From Lepidodermella squamata (lineage: Eukaryota; Animalia; Gastrotricha): DNA of 64,000 nt. Position numbers and translations under genes: made by a program. Below the pieces are notes generated by a model. That model ran no database searches. It saw only the letters and a list, made by a program, of their open reading frames with translations, and was not told the DNA's origin. The stretch covers positions 744,001 through 808,000 of the forward strand of contig JBLDXI010000029.1 in NCBI GenBank assembly GCA_047495785.1, in the 5' to 3' direction. Of this stretch, positions 23,272 through 34,400 are shown one piece after another (the first letter of the stretch is position 1; each line of letters starts with the position of its first letter).

Positions 23272-25656
23272 ATGGTTCGCATCACTGAGGATTTGATAAG
23301 GAAACGCGCTGAGCATAACAATCTTGAAATTTCAACCCTCGAGGAAGTTTCGCTACATCAACAGGATATCGAAAAGTATGCGAAAGAAACCACACAAGAT
23401 CGCAGTTTTTACTTGTAACTCCCTTTCCAGGATCGAAAATATCGACAAGTGGTGCCGAGATCTGAAAATTTTGTACCTTCAAAGCAACCTCATTCCTAGA
23501 ATAGGTAAGCTAATTTTAAATAATTTGATTTGAATTGATCTAATTTTTCTTGTTCAGAAAACGTTTCTAGGCTCAAAAAGCTGGAATACATCAATTTAGC
23601 TCTGAATAACATCGAACGAGTTGAAAATCTCGAGAACTGCGAAAGTTTGAAGAAACTTGATTTAACCGTCAATTTCGTCGGCGAACTGACAAGCATTGAA
23701 AGCCTTATATCACTCGAACACTTCGAAGAGCTGTAATTGTTTTATCTAAATTTTCTTGATTATTTTTTTCTGCAGTTATTTAACAGGAAATCCTTGCGTC
23801 GATTTTGAAGGCTATAGGCAATACGTTATAGCAACTCTGCCTCAGTTGAAGGTATTTATTTATTATTTTTATTTAATTTATTCAATTTTTAATTCATTTC
23901 AGCAACTCGATGGTACCGAAATTGAGAAATCGGAACGAATTAAGGCGTTGCAGGTATGTAAAATAATTCTTGCGCTGGTTTCGACCAAAAACTACCTGTA
24001 AACACCTTGCAGTGTTTGCCTAACCGTTTTTTATGTCCTCAATTGGGTAACGCATTTTCTATTACCACGCGACGTAAACATGTTGATACTACGTAGTCTT
24101 AGCCTAGAGCGGGAAAGACGGAAAAAAAAACTGGCGTAGCCTTGTTCGCTGCTGCTCTCGAAAGTACACAGCATGCTGAAATATCGTACTTGAGTAAACA
24201 GTGATAAAACGCGCTCGAAATGTACGATAGCCGATAAAAAAATGCGCAATATAGCTGTTTAATAGGAAACCCTGGCGTGTATTTTGCGCCGGTCGTGATA
24301 TAAAAAAAACTTCCTCGCATGCCGATGATAACTAGTCTTCGCGCTTATCTTGTGCGTGGAAAGCGGCGCTTTTTTGTTTTATACGAACTCTAGATAAACG
24401 AAAATAATATAATCGATTTTTATTGCTCCCCGCAGGAATACGACGTTGTGAGGCCGCAAATACTGCGACAGCAAGAGGAATACCGCAGGAAACGAGTAAT
24501 TTTGACGGGATAAAAAAAATCGAAGTTTGATTCACGTGAACTAATCACCGTACAAAAATATTGACAGGAAGCTGAAAAAGCCGAGATCGCGGCCAACAAT
24601 GAACCAAAAAAAGCGGACCGGGAAGAAACTCTTAAAAAGCAAGGACGAAAAAATGCAAACATTAAATTTCTAATAACCTCATTTTATTATACCAAGGTTC
24701 ACGGAAGAAGTTGTGCCGTATACACCTGAGACGCGAATTCAGATGCATGAACAAATGAAGGAATTGAAGAAAACGGAGGGGGAAGATGCTGAAAAGTTGG
24801 TTTTAATTCGGAAAAATCAATGCAAATTTTTCTTGTTATGAAGGACTGAAAAACAACCGAGGAAAATGTTTGGCGAAGACGGCCGAGCTTTAAATATTAA
24901 CGAGCCGAAGTATGATCGGTTTCCATAATTTTAAACTCGAATTTGTAATTTTCGAATTTCAGGCTGGATTTTAAATTTACCGAAAATGATGAGGAAAATG
25001 CTGTCGTTTTCGAACTTGGAGTTTGGAAGTAATTTTTTATTATTTTCATAATTTTATTATTTATGATAATTTTGAATTTTTATCAAATATTAATAATTTA
25101 ATTTGTTTTGAATTTTTAATCAATTTTTTCGAATAGTTAAAAATATTTTTCAAAATTTCTCGTTTCAGACACCTTGATACGTCATTTCTCGATGTTGACG
25201 TGCAGCCAACGTACGTTCGCGTGACAGTCAAAGGCAAAATCGTGCAGCTAGCTTTACCCGATGAGGTGAAACCCGATGCGAGTAAAGCGGCTCGTTCGCA
25301 AATCACCGGCGCACTTGTTATCACAATGCCAAAGGTGAGCGAGCTCATTTTTCCTCATTTGACCCATAATTCAAGTTTGTTTTCTTGCAATCTCTTAGCT
25401 ACACGGTGAGCCGCGTAAAAAACAACCGGCGCCCACACCGGCGGCAAAAAATAGCGAGAATAAAACAGGCGGCAATTACCTTGAATTGGACGACCTCGAG
25501 TCGCGTAAAAAGCGCGCCGATTTTAGGAATATCGTAACTGATTCACCGAAAGCTGCTGAAAAGAAGCAAGTTATGAATGACGATAATCGCGCGAAAAACA
25601 CCGCGCCACCGCCCGCTGATTTCATTGACGATCCTGATGTTCCGCCATTAATTTGA
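23272..25656 (+). CDS. DNAAF11: Dynein axonemal assembly factor 11 / LRRC6 (tilB), multi-exon
   Basis: [16 protein letters not shown].., [65 protein letters not shown]-terminal DDPDVPPLI*. Confidence 0.95.
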
Positions 25657-26814
25657 GCGTTTTTTTCATGTGATACTTGCTATTATTATCATCTCAATTT
25701 TTGTTTATTACCTCCTTTTTTATTTCACGTGATCTCGCGCACTCTTGTGATATAAATAATTTGCTGCAAAAAAAAATCGGACTTGTAATGAATTTTAGTG
25801 CGCGTGACCAATTTAATAATAAACAAAAAATGAAATAAAATACGTCGCAAGAGGGTTCGAATGGCGGCAATCGATCGGCCTAAATTTAGCCGTCGAAATT
25901 TCCAGAAAAACAGTTAATTTCGTAATCACGCGGCGGGAAAATCGATATCGTGTTCGCTTCAACTAATTCCAGACCGCGAAAAGGAGCTCAACTCCCCATT
26001 AATAAGTCGAGCACGTTTTTTTTCTTGCCAGGTGAAAAGGTGACTTGAGCTAATGCTTGACTTCTTTTTTTACGGCCCATTAGTTGCGCATTTTTTTACC
26101 GCTGCGCACGGGCTTTTGACATGATCGGAATAATTTAGCCGTATCGCGGCATAAATTGTTGTTGCTTTTTTATGGCTGGCATTCGATACACTGCGAGGCT
26201 TGCCAAGAAAAAAAGCCCCGAGCGCAACTGGAGCGGATTGCGCATGCGAATAATCCTGCCAGGGTAATGAGATGAAACCGCTCATGTTTTGCTTGTTGCT
26301 GAGATTGATACCTCATACCCCAAGCAGTTGGATTCGAATCGGCAGTAAAATAACAGCTGTTATGCATTACGTTGCGGTTTCTGACATCTGCTAGCGTTTT
26401 TTATGGGGAAAATGGGGCAAAGGTAAATAAGTATGCCCACGAAGTGAATTGGAAGGCTTTACGATAAATTAAACGGTGAATAAGGTTGACGACCATGAAA
26501 ATATGGTGACATGAAATAAGGGAAGAAAGTGCTCCCAGGAAAGTTCCTGGAAAATTCAGTGTTTTCGGTCGATTTAAAGCGGCATCTTAAAATCCCTGAA
26601 CGCAACTGAAACTTCGGAAGCTTATCGGAAGCTCGATTGTTCCTGTAAATAATATGCTGTAAATAATCCTGTAAAGGCAAGTGAACTCGAGCCCATTTTA
26701 TTTCGTCATTGGGAATGATATAATTATAATCCCATTCGCTAGGTAGCATATAAAAAATGCAAAGCCTTTATTATATCAGTTCTTGCCCACTTAGGGCGTT
26801 AGCAACGATTTTTT

Positions 26815-27378
26815 CTACTGAGGGGCAGCGCCCGTCTCGACGGCGACGCTGTACGAGAAGTTGTTGGAGGCGGAGTAGCTGCCGCTCTTGTGGCCCTTGC
26901 GACCCTTGTTGCGCTTGCCGCCGAACTTCTTGTGGCCAGCCTTCTTGTTGAACTTGCCGTGACGCTTGTTTGTGCGGCCGCCGAACGAGCCCGATCGCGA
27001 GTACGAGCCAGACTTGGACATGCGCTGGTGCACGCGCTTGAACTTCTTGGTGGACACCTTGCGGGTGTGCTTGTTGGTGCGGGCGGACACCGACGCGGAC
27101 ACCGACTTGGAGTACGAGCCGCGGCGCTTGTTGCGCTTCGACACGAACTTCTTGCCGAAGTTCTTCGCCGGCCGCTTGTTCTTCTGGTGCGAGCCGCTCT
27201 TCGAGACGCTGTACGAGAAGCTTCGGGAAACTTCCTTATTCGGCTTGCCACGACCAGCTTCAGTCTCGGTAAAGGCTGAAAATAATAAAAAATAGTGAAT
27301 TATCACCGAAAGCACTAGCTTCAAAGTATTACCAAGAGCCATAAGGACAGCAACTGTCAAAGCAAAAGCAATATGCAT
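26815..27378 (-). CDS. Secreted Ser/Lys/Arg-rich basic protein, copy B (exons 27378-27333, 27275-26815)
   Basis: Paralog of 18003-18567 with the same exon lengths (46+461 nt), signal peptide, TATA and AATAAA. Confidence 0.88.
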   Translation of the reverse strand: MHIAFALTVAVLMALGNTLKLVLSVIIHYFLLFSAFTETEAGRGKPNKEVSRSFSYSVSKSGSHQKNKRPAKNFGKKFVSKRNKRRGSYSKSVSASVSARTNKHTRKVSTKKFKRVHQRMSKSGSYSRSGSFGGRTNKRHGKFNKKAGHKKFGGKRNKGRKGHKSGSYSASNNFSYSVAVETGAAPQ

Positions 27379-27668
27379 GGTTATTGGTTTTAGTGAATTG
27401 GAAACACTGATGAAAGCGCAAAACAGATGAATGATGCTGTTGAAGATGGAGAGCAGCAAATTTATAGCAAATCAGCTAATTATCGGTCGCAAATCGCCAT
27501 TAGTTGAAAAATTGTTCGATGCATGATTAGCTCGCAGTAATTGTGATGACATTCTTCATTTACAAAGAAAAACAGTAAATCTTGGAGATGGGTCACATTT
27601 GACAAATAGTTGGAAACAAATAAAGATGTTCTGATGAATGAAAATCGCTCGACGTTGATGAAAAAGTG

Positions 27669-27740
27669 TTCCCTGACCGGGAATCGAACCCGGGCCGCCG
27701 CGGTGAAAGCGCGGAATCCTAACCACTAGACCATCAGGGA
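27669..27740 (-). tRNA. tRNA-Glu(UUC), copy B
   Basis: Reverse complement matches 17618-17689. Confidence 0.95.
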
Positions 27741-27811
27741 TTCCATGGTGAACTATTGCATTGTTTTACTGTAGAATGATGCAATCGCAAATAAAATAAT
27801 AAAAAATGCTG

Positions 27812-27884
27812 CGCCCTGCGGGGGACTCGAACCCCCGACCCTGTGATTAAAAGTCACATGCTCTACCGACTGAGCTAGGAAGGC
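27812..27884 (-). tRNA. tRNA-Lys(UUU), copy B, with one acceptor-stem mismatch
   Basis: Matches copy A except GGAGGGC changed to GCAGGGC in the 3' acceptor strand. Confidence 0.9.
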
Positions 27885-27956
27885 CGTTGAACAAACAGGG
27901 CGACCAACTCCTAATTGTATTAGATCCTTTTTCTTGATGGGTTTGTGAGTCATTGC

Positions 27957-28034
27957 AAAAAATATGGAACGCTTCACGATTTTGCGTGTCATCCTTGCGC
28001 AGGGGCCATGCTAATCTTCTCTGTATCGTCCAAT
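27957..28034 (-). pseudogene. U6: 5'-truncated U6 snRNA, copy B
   Basis: U6 from ACGATACAGAGA to the T-run is intact; the 5' stem-loop, upstream promoter and tRNA-Ser are missing. Confidence 0.9.
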
Positions 28035-28363
28035 GACCATCCAATCCAATGACCATCCATTGCCGGGTGGATCAGATGCATTGCCATGTACAAATACGAT
28101 GTTGCTGTGCCTACTTGCATTGTACAATCTATCAGCGGCTAAGTTCAGCGGCCAAGATTCATTCCTATTCGGCAAGACACCCGTACTTTCCGAAGCTATA
28201 TCGAACGTCTTTGAACTGTCGGCAATCCGATTAATTTCAGCCATTCAAAACAAGTTTCGCGACAATGTTGCTGATATGCGTACCGAAATTTCGAAATTCC
28301 GAAATCGATTCTCAGCCTTTCAGAAAATTTATTATGCTCATAAAATTATCTAGTAACTAGGCA

Positions 28364-29662
28364 CTATGACGTCATTTTGCTGAAATATACCGTAATGACA
28401 ATCGTGCCAAACAAAAATGCGAACGAAGCAGCAACGATATCGATGACTCGAACCACTCTGACACCGTATCTGATCACATTTTCGAGAACTACGCGCTTCA
28501 TCGTCGCCGTTTTAGCATAAACGCCAGTTGCTAGGGTGTAAAGCGTAATTACAACGCAAATCATCATCAAATAAATGACAACACTGATGAGATAGACTTC
28601 CTCGGCTGTGCGAGGAATCAGCGAGAAAACAAGCGTTAGCACAACAGCCATGGAGAGGTTTATAGTAACACAGAACGTGGGTCTGTCCGAATGTGTTGGA
28701 TCTATTAGAAGGCCGGCAACTTGCAGTAGAAACAGGCTCATCGTTGGAAGAAATACATTTCCCACGTAGTACTGATACTTTCGGTTGAGAATCAGCGTCA
28801 ACGTGACGTGATCTGAGCCACCGGCGTCGAAAACAGATCCGTTGTAACTGACAAAGCTCCAAATGTCGTCAGCTCGCAGCAGGGGGTAAGTCGAAATAAC
28901 AGTCAGTTCTCCGATGTTAATTGATGCTTCATTATTCGCGTTTTCATTCTCGAATTCGTAATTGCATGACGCTGAGTCAAATGGAAATTTCGTATATTTG
29001 AACCCGAAGCACATGGACTTGAACGGACGAACGCAGTAGATAAGGAAGTTCGGATTCGGACCACGAAACGGCCTTATTTTCACATAAATCTCGCTGAAAC
29101 ATGGCTTGCATTAGATGTCGACTTTCAAATCAAGCGTTTCATTACCTCCTAAGTGGTCTCGAGTCACCAATCGCATTGATGTGCTGCATATCTGGCCACC
29201 AGACATCCTCTTTTTTCACCTCGAATTGAATTCGGTCTAGAACGTTCTGAGAAATATTTGCGTAGCCAGGCAGCAAAGCCGATCGAATGTCACGACCACA
29301 CGGAACGTCCCAAAATATTCGAAATGTCATCGTAACAGTAACGCTAAATTATACGAGGGAGATATAAATTGCTGCGGCAATGAATTATGCTGTGAAAACC
29401 TCATAGTGGAGTCACTGACTTCGGTAATTTGTAATATTCTTGAAATGAGGGTAGTTTGGATCGCATTCGAAAAATTGTTTGTCTGCAAGTGGTTAGCCGC
29501 TGGCAAGTTGCTAGTTTTAGCGATGGGACATAGCTCGAAGAAGCGTTCTTGCATTTGGTTCAATTTTACCGGATTGTTGAGAGCTTTCACCAGGTGATCT
29601 TCCTGCTCTGCTTGATTCGACGATAAAAATGGAACCGCATCGATTAGAAACAGCAACAGCAT
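28364..29662 (-). CDS. Divergent pentameric (Cys-loop) ligand-gated ion channel subunit, ~396 aa (exons 29662-29400, 29343-29146, 29093-28364)
   Basis: VWWPD, C..KFPFD...C loop, pre-M1 LNRKYQYYVGNVFLP, four hydrophobic segments, M2-M3 IPRT, M4 preceded by ID. Confidence 0.85.
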
Positions 29663-31057
29663 TATCAAGGTAATTAAAAATATGACCTATATGTAGGTAA
29701 GATTTTTCTATCATAAAGTGTGTCATATTCTAAGAAATAATACGAAAATACATACAACAAAATTTGTCACCTATTTTTGATCTCACATGCCCTAGTGCGC
29801 ACCCCGAGAGCATCCCCTTGATATTTGAAGCCAGCATGCGCGTCCTCATGTAACTTGTCGCTGCGGAGACCTCACATCGATTGTATTATGAACTACTGGA
29901 GTCTGCAATGACTACGATGCTATTTATCTCAAGAGTTGGGAAAAGCTTTATAATGACTAGACATCCAGGTCCCGCTGCAAATTTTATTGTTTTCATATTA
30001 AGATATTTCCTTCTATGATAGGGTGTGTTATTGTCATACATGCCGATTAATGTGTTGGTTATAGCCCATCTCGCTTGCCAAATAATACTTGAACATACAT
30101 TACAAACATTAGACTGCTTACTTTAGACTGCTTACTCACGATATAAGGGTGCTACGCCATGGGCGCAAGATTGTCAGCTGATTCATCAGCGCTTGGATGC
30201 GAAGTAAACAAAACATTCTATTCTTTTTTATTGGCTTCGAGGCGCTTTCGATTTTTCTGTGGGTTTTTGGTTGACGGATTCTGACAGAGGACATCACATG
30301 GAACTTGCGGGGCATTGTTCAGAAATTTGCAGGTCCATATTATATCCGTGTTAAGCCAAGTAAAAAGAAGGGTAGAGAGTAGCCCCCAAATAAACAGAAA
30401 CAAACCGTTAACGAAGTTGAAATTGACTCAGTTTTTTAAAGGTTCAATTAGCTCGCATCATCTGTTCGACACTTGGAGCGTGCCAAAATACGTCAAGTAG
30501 CGTAGTTACTTGGTTTGCCGTATGCGGTGTGTATCGTTCCAATTTGCCGCTCCGCGGATCGTAACCCGACTTCTGCTGTGGCAGCAAGGTCACATAGGCG
30601 ATATTTTTGCAGCACAGGTGGCTCAGGCATCGATTAATTTGCAACGCCAAACAAGTTTTGGCTCTGACGTAGTGAGCGCTAAACTGGACGGAAAGGTCGG
30701 GGATAGGTTGGGGTGGTTCTTCTCTTTATCAATTTTAAAACCTTCATTATAACCGCTTCTACTTGGAAGCAAAGCTGAATAGTTTTTTTAAGATAAGTAT
30801 GCCTAAAAACGCAAAAATTGCACTTTTCCCTCTCGATTCGCAAGCCTTGAAAGAAAAGATTGGAAAGCCCTGGATAATCACCAAATTAAATGGCTTTTTT
30901 CTCACTTCTCTAGTAAGCTCTCCATGTGTTCTAACTGGGAAAGTGAAAAAACTATGGTTGAACCCAATCTGTTTCTTGAAGAAGCGCCCCAAATGTCAAT
31001 ATTTCACATTTAATCGTGATCAACCTTATTTATTCATTCATCTATAGATAGTATATA

Positions 31058-31228
31058 GAGTGGAACCCCCATTTCCCGTCTTCTGCGGTTCCACGAAAAT
31101 GCTGACGGGAAATCTACGTAGTTTTGCGTGTAATTGCCCTCTGCGGGTCCAAGTCGCTCCTAAATATTTACATGTTGCGATTTCCCGTCAGACGGAAAAT
31201 CAGGTGACGGGAAATCTGGGTTCCATTG
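31058..31228. mobile_element. Tc1/mariner(pogo)-like MITE, 171 bp
   Basis: Imperfect TIRs GAGTGGAACCCCCATTTCCCGTC / GACGGGAAATCTGGGTTCCATTG flanked by TA. Confidence 0.7.
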
Positions 31229-31436
31229 TATTTTATTGTTATAAACAACAAAAGCCCGCTGTTATTTATAAATAACAGTTGCCATAACGACACTGGAGTA
31301 ACTAGAATTTCTTTGGATATAAAGAATAAACGTCAAATGCATATTGCTCCTTTATCGGATAAAGATATAACGATATGATAAACATGATGTCACAAAATAA
31401 CTGAATTAGCTTGTCAGAATGCTCTGTTAGCGTTGC

Positions 31437-34400
31437 TTAGTTTATAGCTGCCGTTTGGAAGGTTGTGCGGGACGAAAAAACCATGGAGTTGTTACTCTGT
31501 CGAAGGTAGATATCGTCGTTCGGCTCGACATAAATGAAGTAACCAGAATAGTTGACAGCCTCGTAAGCAACCCCAGAACCCCGAGTACGTTCGCAGAATG
31601 TCGCATCACGATTGAACCCCGAAGTGCCATCGCTCTTAGAAATCTTCAGCCTGATGACGAAGAACGTTACAGCTTGCGATTTGAAAGACTGGCCGGATCG
31701 CGAAAATAGTACACTTTTTGGGTGCCTGGCAGGGTTGCATGGAAGGGACCTTGCAAGTGCACTCGTTCGACTGCAGGCATTGCCGATTCGCACTTGCATA
31801 GGCGGAGCAGATCGCTGTAAATAGAGATCATCTTTCACTTATTAAGAGCCTCAACCAGCCTACCTTGAGTGCAGCCAGTTCCTTGCCACCCAGTCTTACA
31901 AGAACAATTAAAGGGCGATAGGCATTCCTGGTTAGCACCAGTGCAGCTGGTGCAAAAAGCTGTCGCACAGGAGACAAAAATAGTACATAATGGATTCCGA
32001 GAAGTAAGAAACAAATGTTATTGTACACGAGATATGGCCGATAGGAGTCTGCCAAAATTAAAGCGTGAGTCCTCGCACTTCAAACATACGCATTGAGCAG
32101 GCGGGGGCACAGGTCCATCTTGCACGAACATACACCAGGCATCGGGCATTCGTTGTTCGCATCAAAGCAGTCTGAGCAGATAGCTAGTCAGAAAGGAGTG
32201 GGAACAATCAGGCACTGAGTTGAACAGCATACCTTTGGTGCAGCCTTCTCCTTCCCATCCATCCTTGCATGTACATTTTCCAGGCTCCTTGCATTCTTGG
32301 TTGTCTTCACTAGGAAAAATGTTTAGCTAATCAGCTAATTCCATTTAGTCAAAGCTAGATAAAAAGTCTAGGCAGTGCCTCGGCCTAATGTCAGATAAAA
32401 AGCCATAGCTAAATAGCTATATCGATGAACTGCGAATTGAAGCCTACGGCGTAATAAAGTTACACAACAATGGCTGTGACCCTTTCTGATTACTACTCGA
32501 AGCTGCATTTCATTCGTTTTTCATCCATACACACAGAGGCAAAATAGTTATTTTCGCCACTTAGTTTTCAAAACGCTACAACCCTAGCAGTTGAAGGAAG
32601 ACCACAAGCAGTTTTCAATGAAAAAATTTCAAATCGAGGTGACTCCAGGTAAGAACTGCGATCAATTCAATCAACTATTGTTATCAAAGGATTTTAAATA
32701 CTATTCTCAAAAATGTTGGGAAAATCAGAATAATTTCCTCCAGCTATCACGAGCTTCAAAATCTTGCCTAACTAATGATGAGCGAAAAATAACAATTTGA
32801 TTAACGGGCGTGCGTGGGTGACACCCTGTAGGTTTATACGCGCAGCGTTAATTAACAAACTAACCTGAGGAGGCTCGTGTTAGCTAGAGGTTTTATTATG
32901 TCTGATAATTGGGTGATTCCCGTTCGCCCAACTTAATCCGCTCATTTTCCCACTCGCCCAACATTTTCGCCCAACCGCGCACTCGCCCAACCAATTCGCC
33001 CAACTTTAATTTAAAATTAAAATTAACGCTTAAAATTAACGCTTAAAATTAACGCCGCGCGTATAGACCTACAGGGTGTCACCCACGCTCGCCCGAATAT
33101 CACAGATTCAAGGCAACAAATTTTATTCAAATAAGTTCACAACGATGGCTGCCGATATTATCCAAGAATTCAACAGTAATTGAACTGATGCGAGCCGAAT
33201 GATTAAGTGCGCAGCTAATTTTTGTTGTAAAGCTATGTTAATTGAGCTCAAATATTGGGCTGTAAAAAATGTTATAGCTATAATATAGCGGCATTTTTCC
33301 TGTCGAGTTTTGGGTTTGCACGGCTAAGCGTTTGACCGGCGGCTTGCTGTTCTAGCCTGCTTTCGACCGAAGCAACCTCGTTTAATTTTTTGTTGATGCG
33401 ATGATGCCTAATGCCTAGACTCGACCAAGTTATTGGTCTTTATTTTATTTGCCTTGATTGCCTGTTTATAGCGATCAAGTAGGATGCTGGGGCTGATTAT
33501 GTTTGGGACATGAGGCGATGTAAGAAGACGGCACAATCACCGCAGTCACACCTTTCCTAGATTTCAAAATCCGCGGCCGCACTTTCGTTGATTTTCGCTT
33601 CTTAACCCGGGGTGATGCGGGAGGTATAATTATTTCCGCAGGCCCGAGTGGCGCTAAGCTGGAACCCGAAGAGCAGACGAGGTGTGGCGAGGGTGCCGAG
33701 GGTGCCTCAAGGGGAGTGTGGGGAGTTGTGGGTGCTGCTGTTCACTTAAGCAGGCCTGCCGCGTTTCCGTTTTACCTCTACTTCCTCGCTTGCGGTCAAT
33801 TTTTTACGTGGCGGTGGTGCTAGATGTAATAAGGTGGATCATACCAACAATAAAATAAGTAGGTGTAATAAAATTAAATTTCGCTTTTGCAAGGTCTGGG
33901 ACCTTGAGGCGCGTCGCAGGCCGACCGAGTTTTCGAGGCGGCGAGTCGTGAGTTACAATAACGCGAGTGCACGTCGGCGGCGACTGGAGGCTCTTTGCAT
34001 CGTAGCGGGGCATCGACTAGCATCAAATTAGCATCTTCGCAAGTATAATTTGTACATTTTTGTAGGAATCTTTCCTCGAAATTTCATTAATTTTGTCGAA
34101 AGGTCATGCTCGTTGAGCTGAAGCCACCCTGACATGCATTGGAACCAAAATGTAGAGCGGTAAATCACCACTGTAAATTTCATCCATTTCAAATTATTCT
34201 TAATTTTCAGAATTTTTCAGCAGAATTTAGGTGACCTTAGATTAAGATCATCACGAGCAAAATTTGTTAAAGCAAGGAGCAAGGTGAGGATAAACCACAG
34301 TATTTTCTATAAAATGAGACTTCTGCCATGTGGAAAATTTTCAGCCGAATTTTATCCTTATTTTATCATTAAATTTAAATTTAAATCTTAAAATTAGGTT

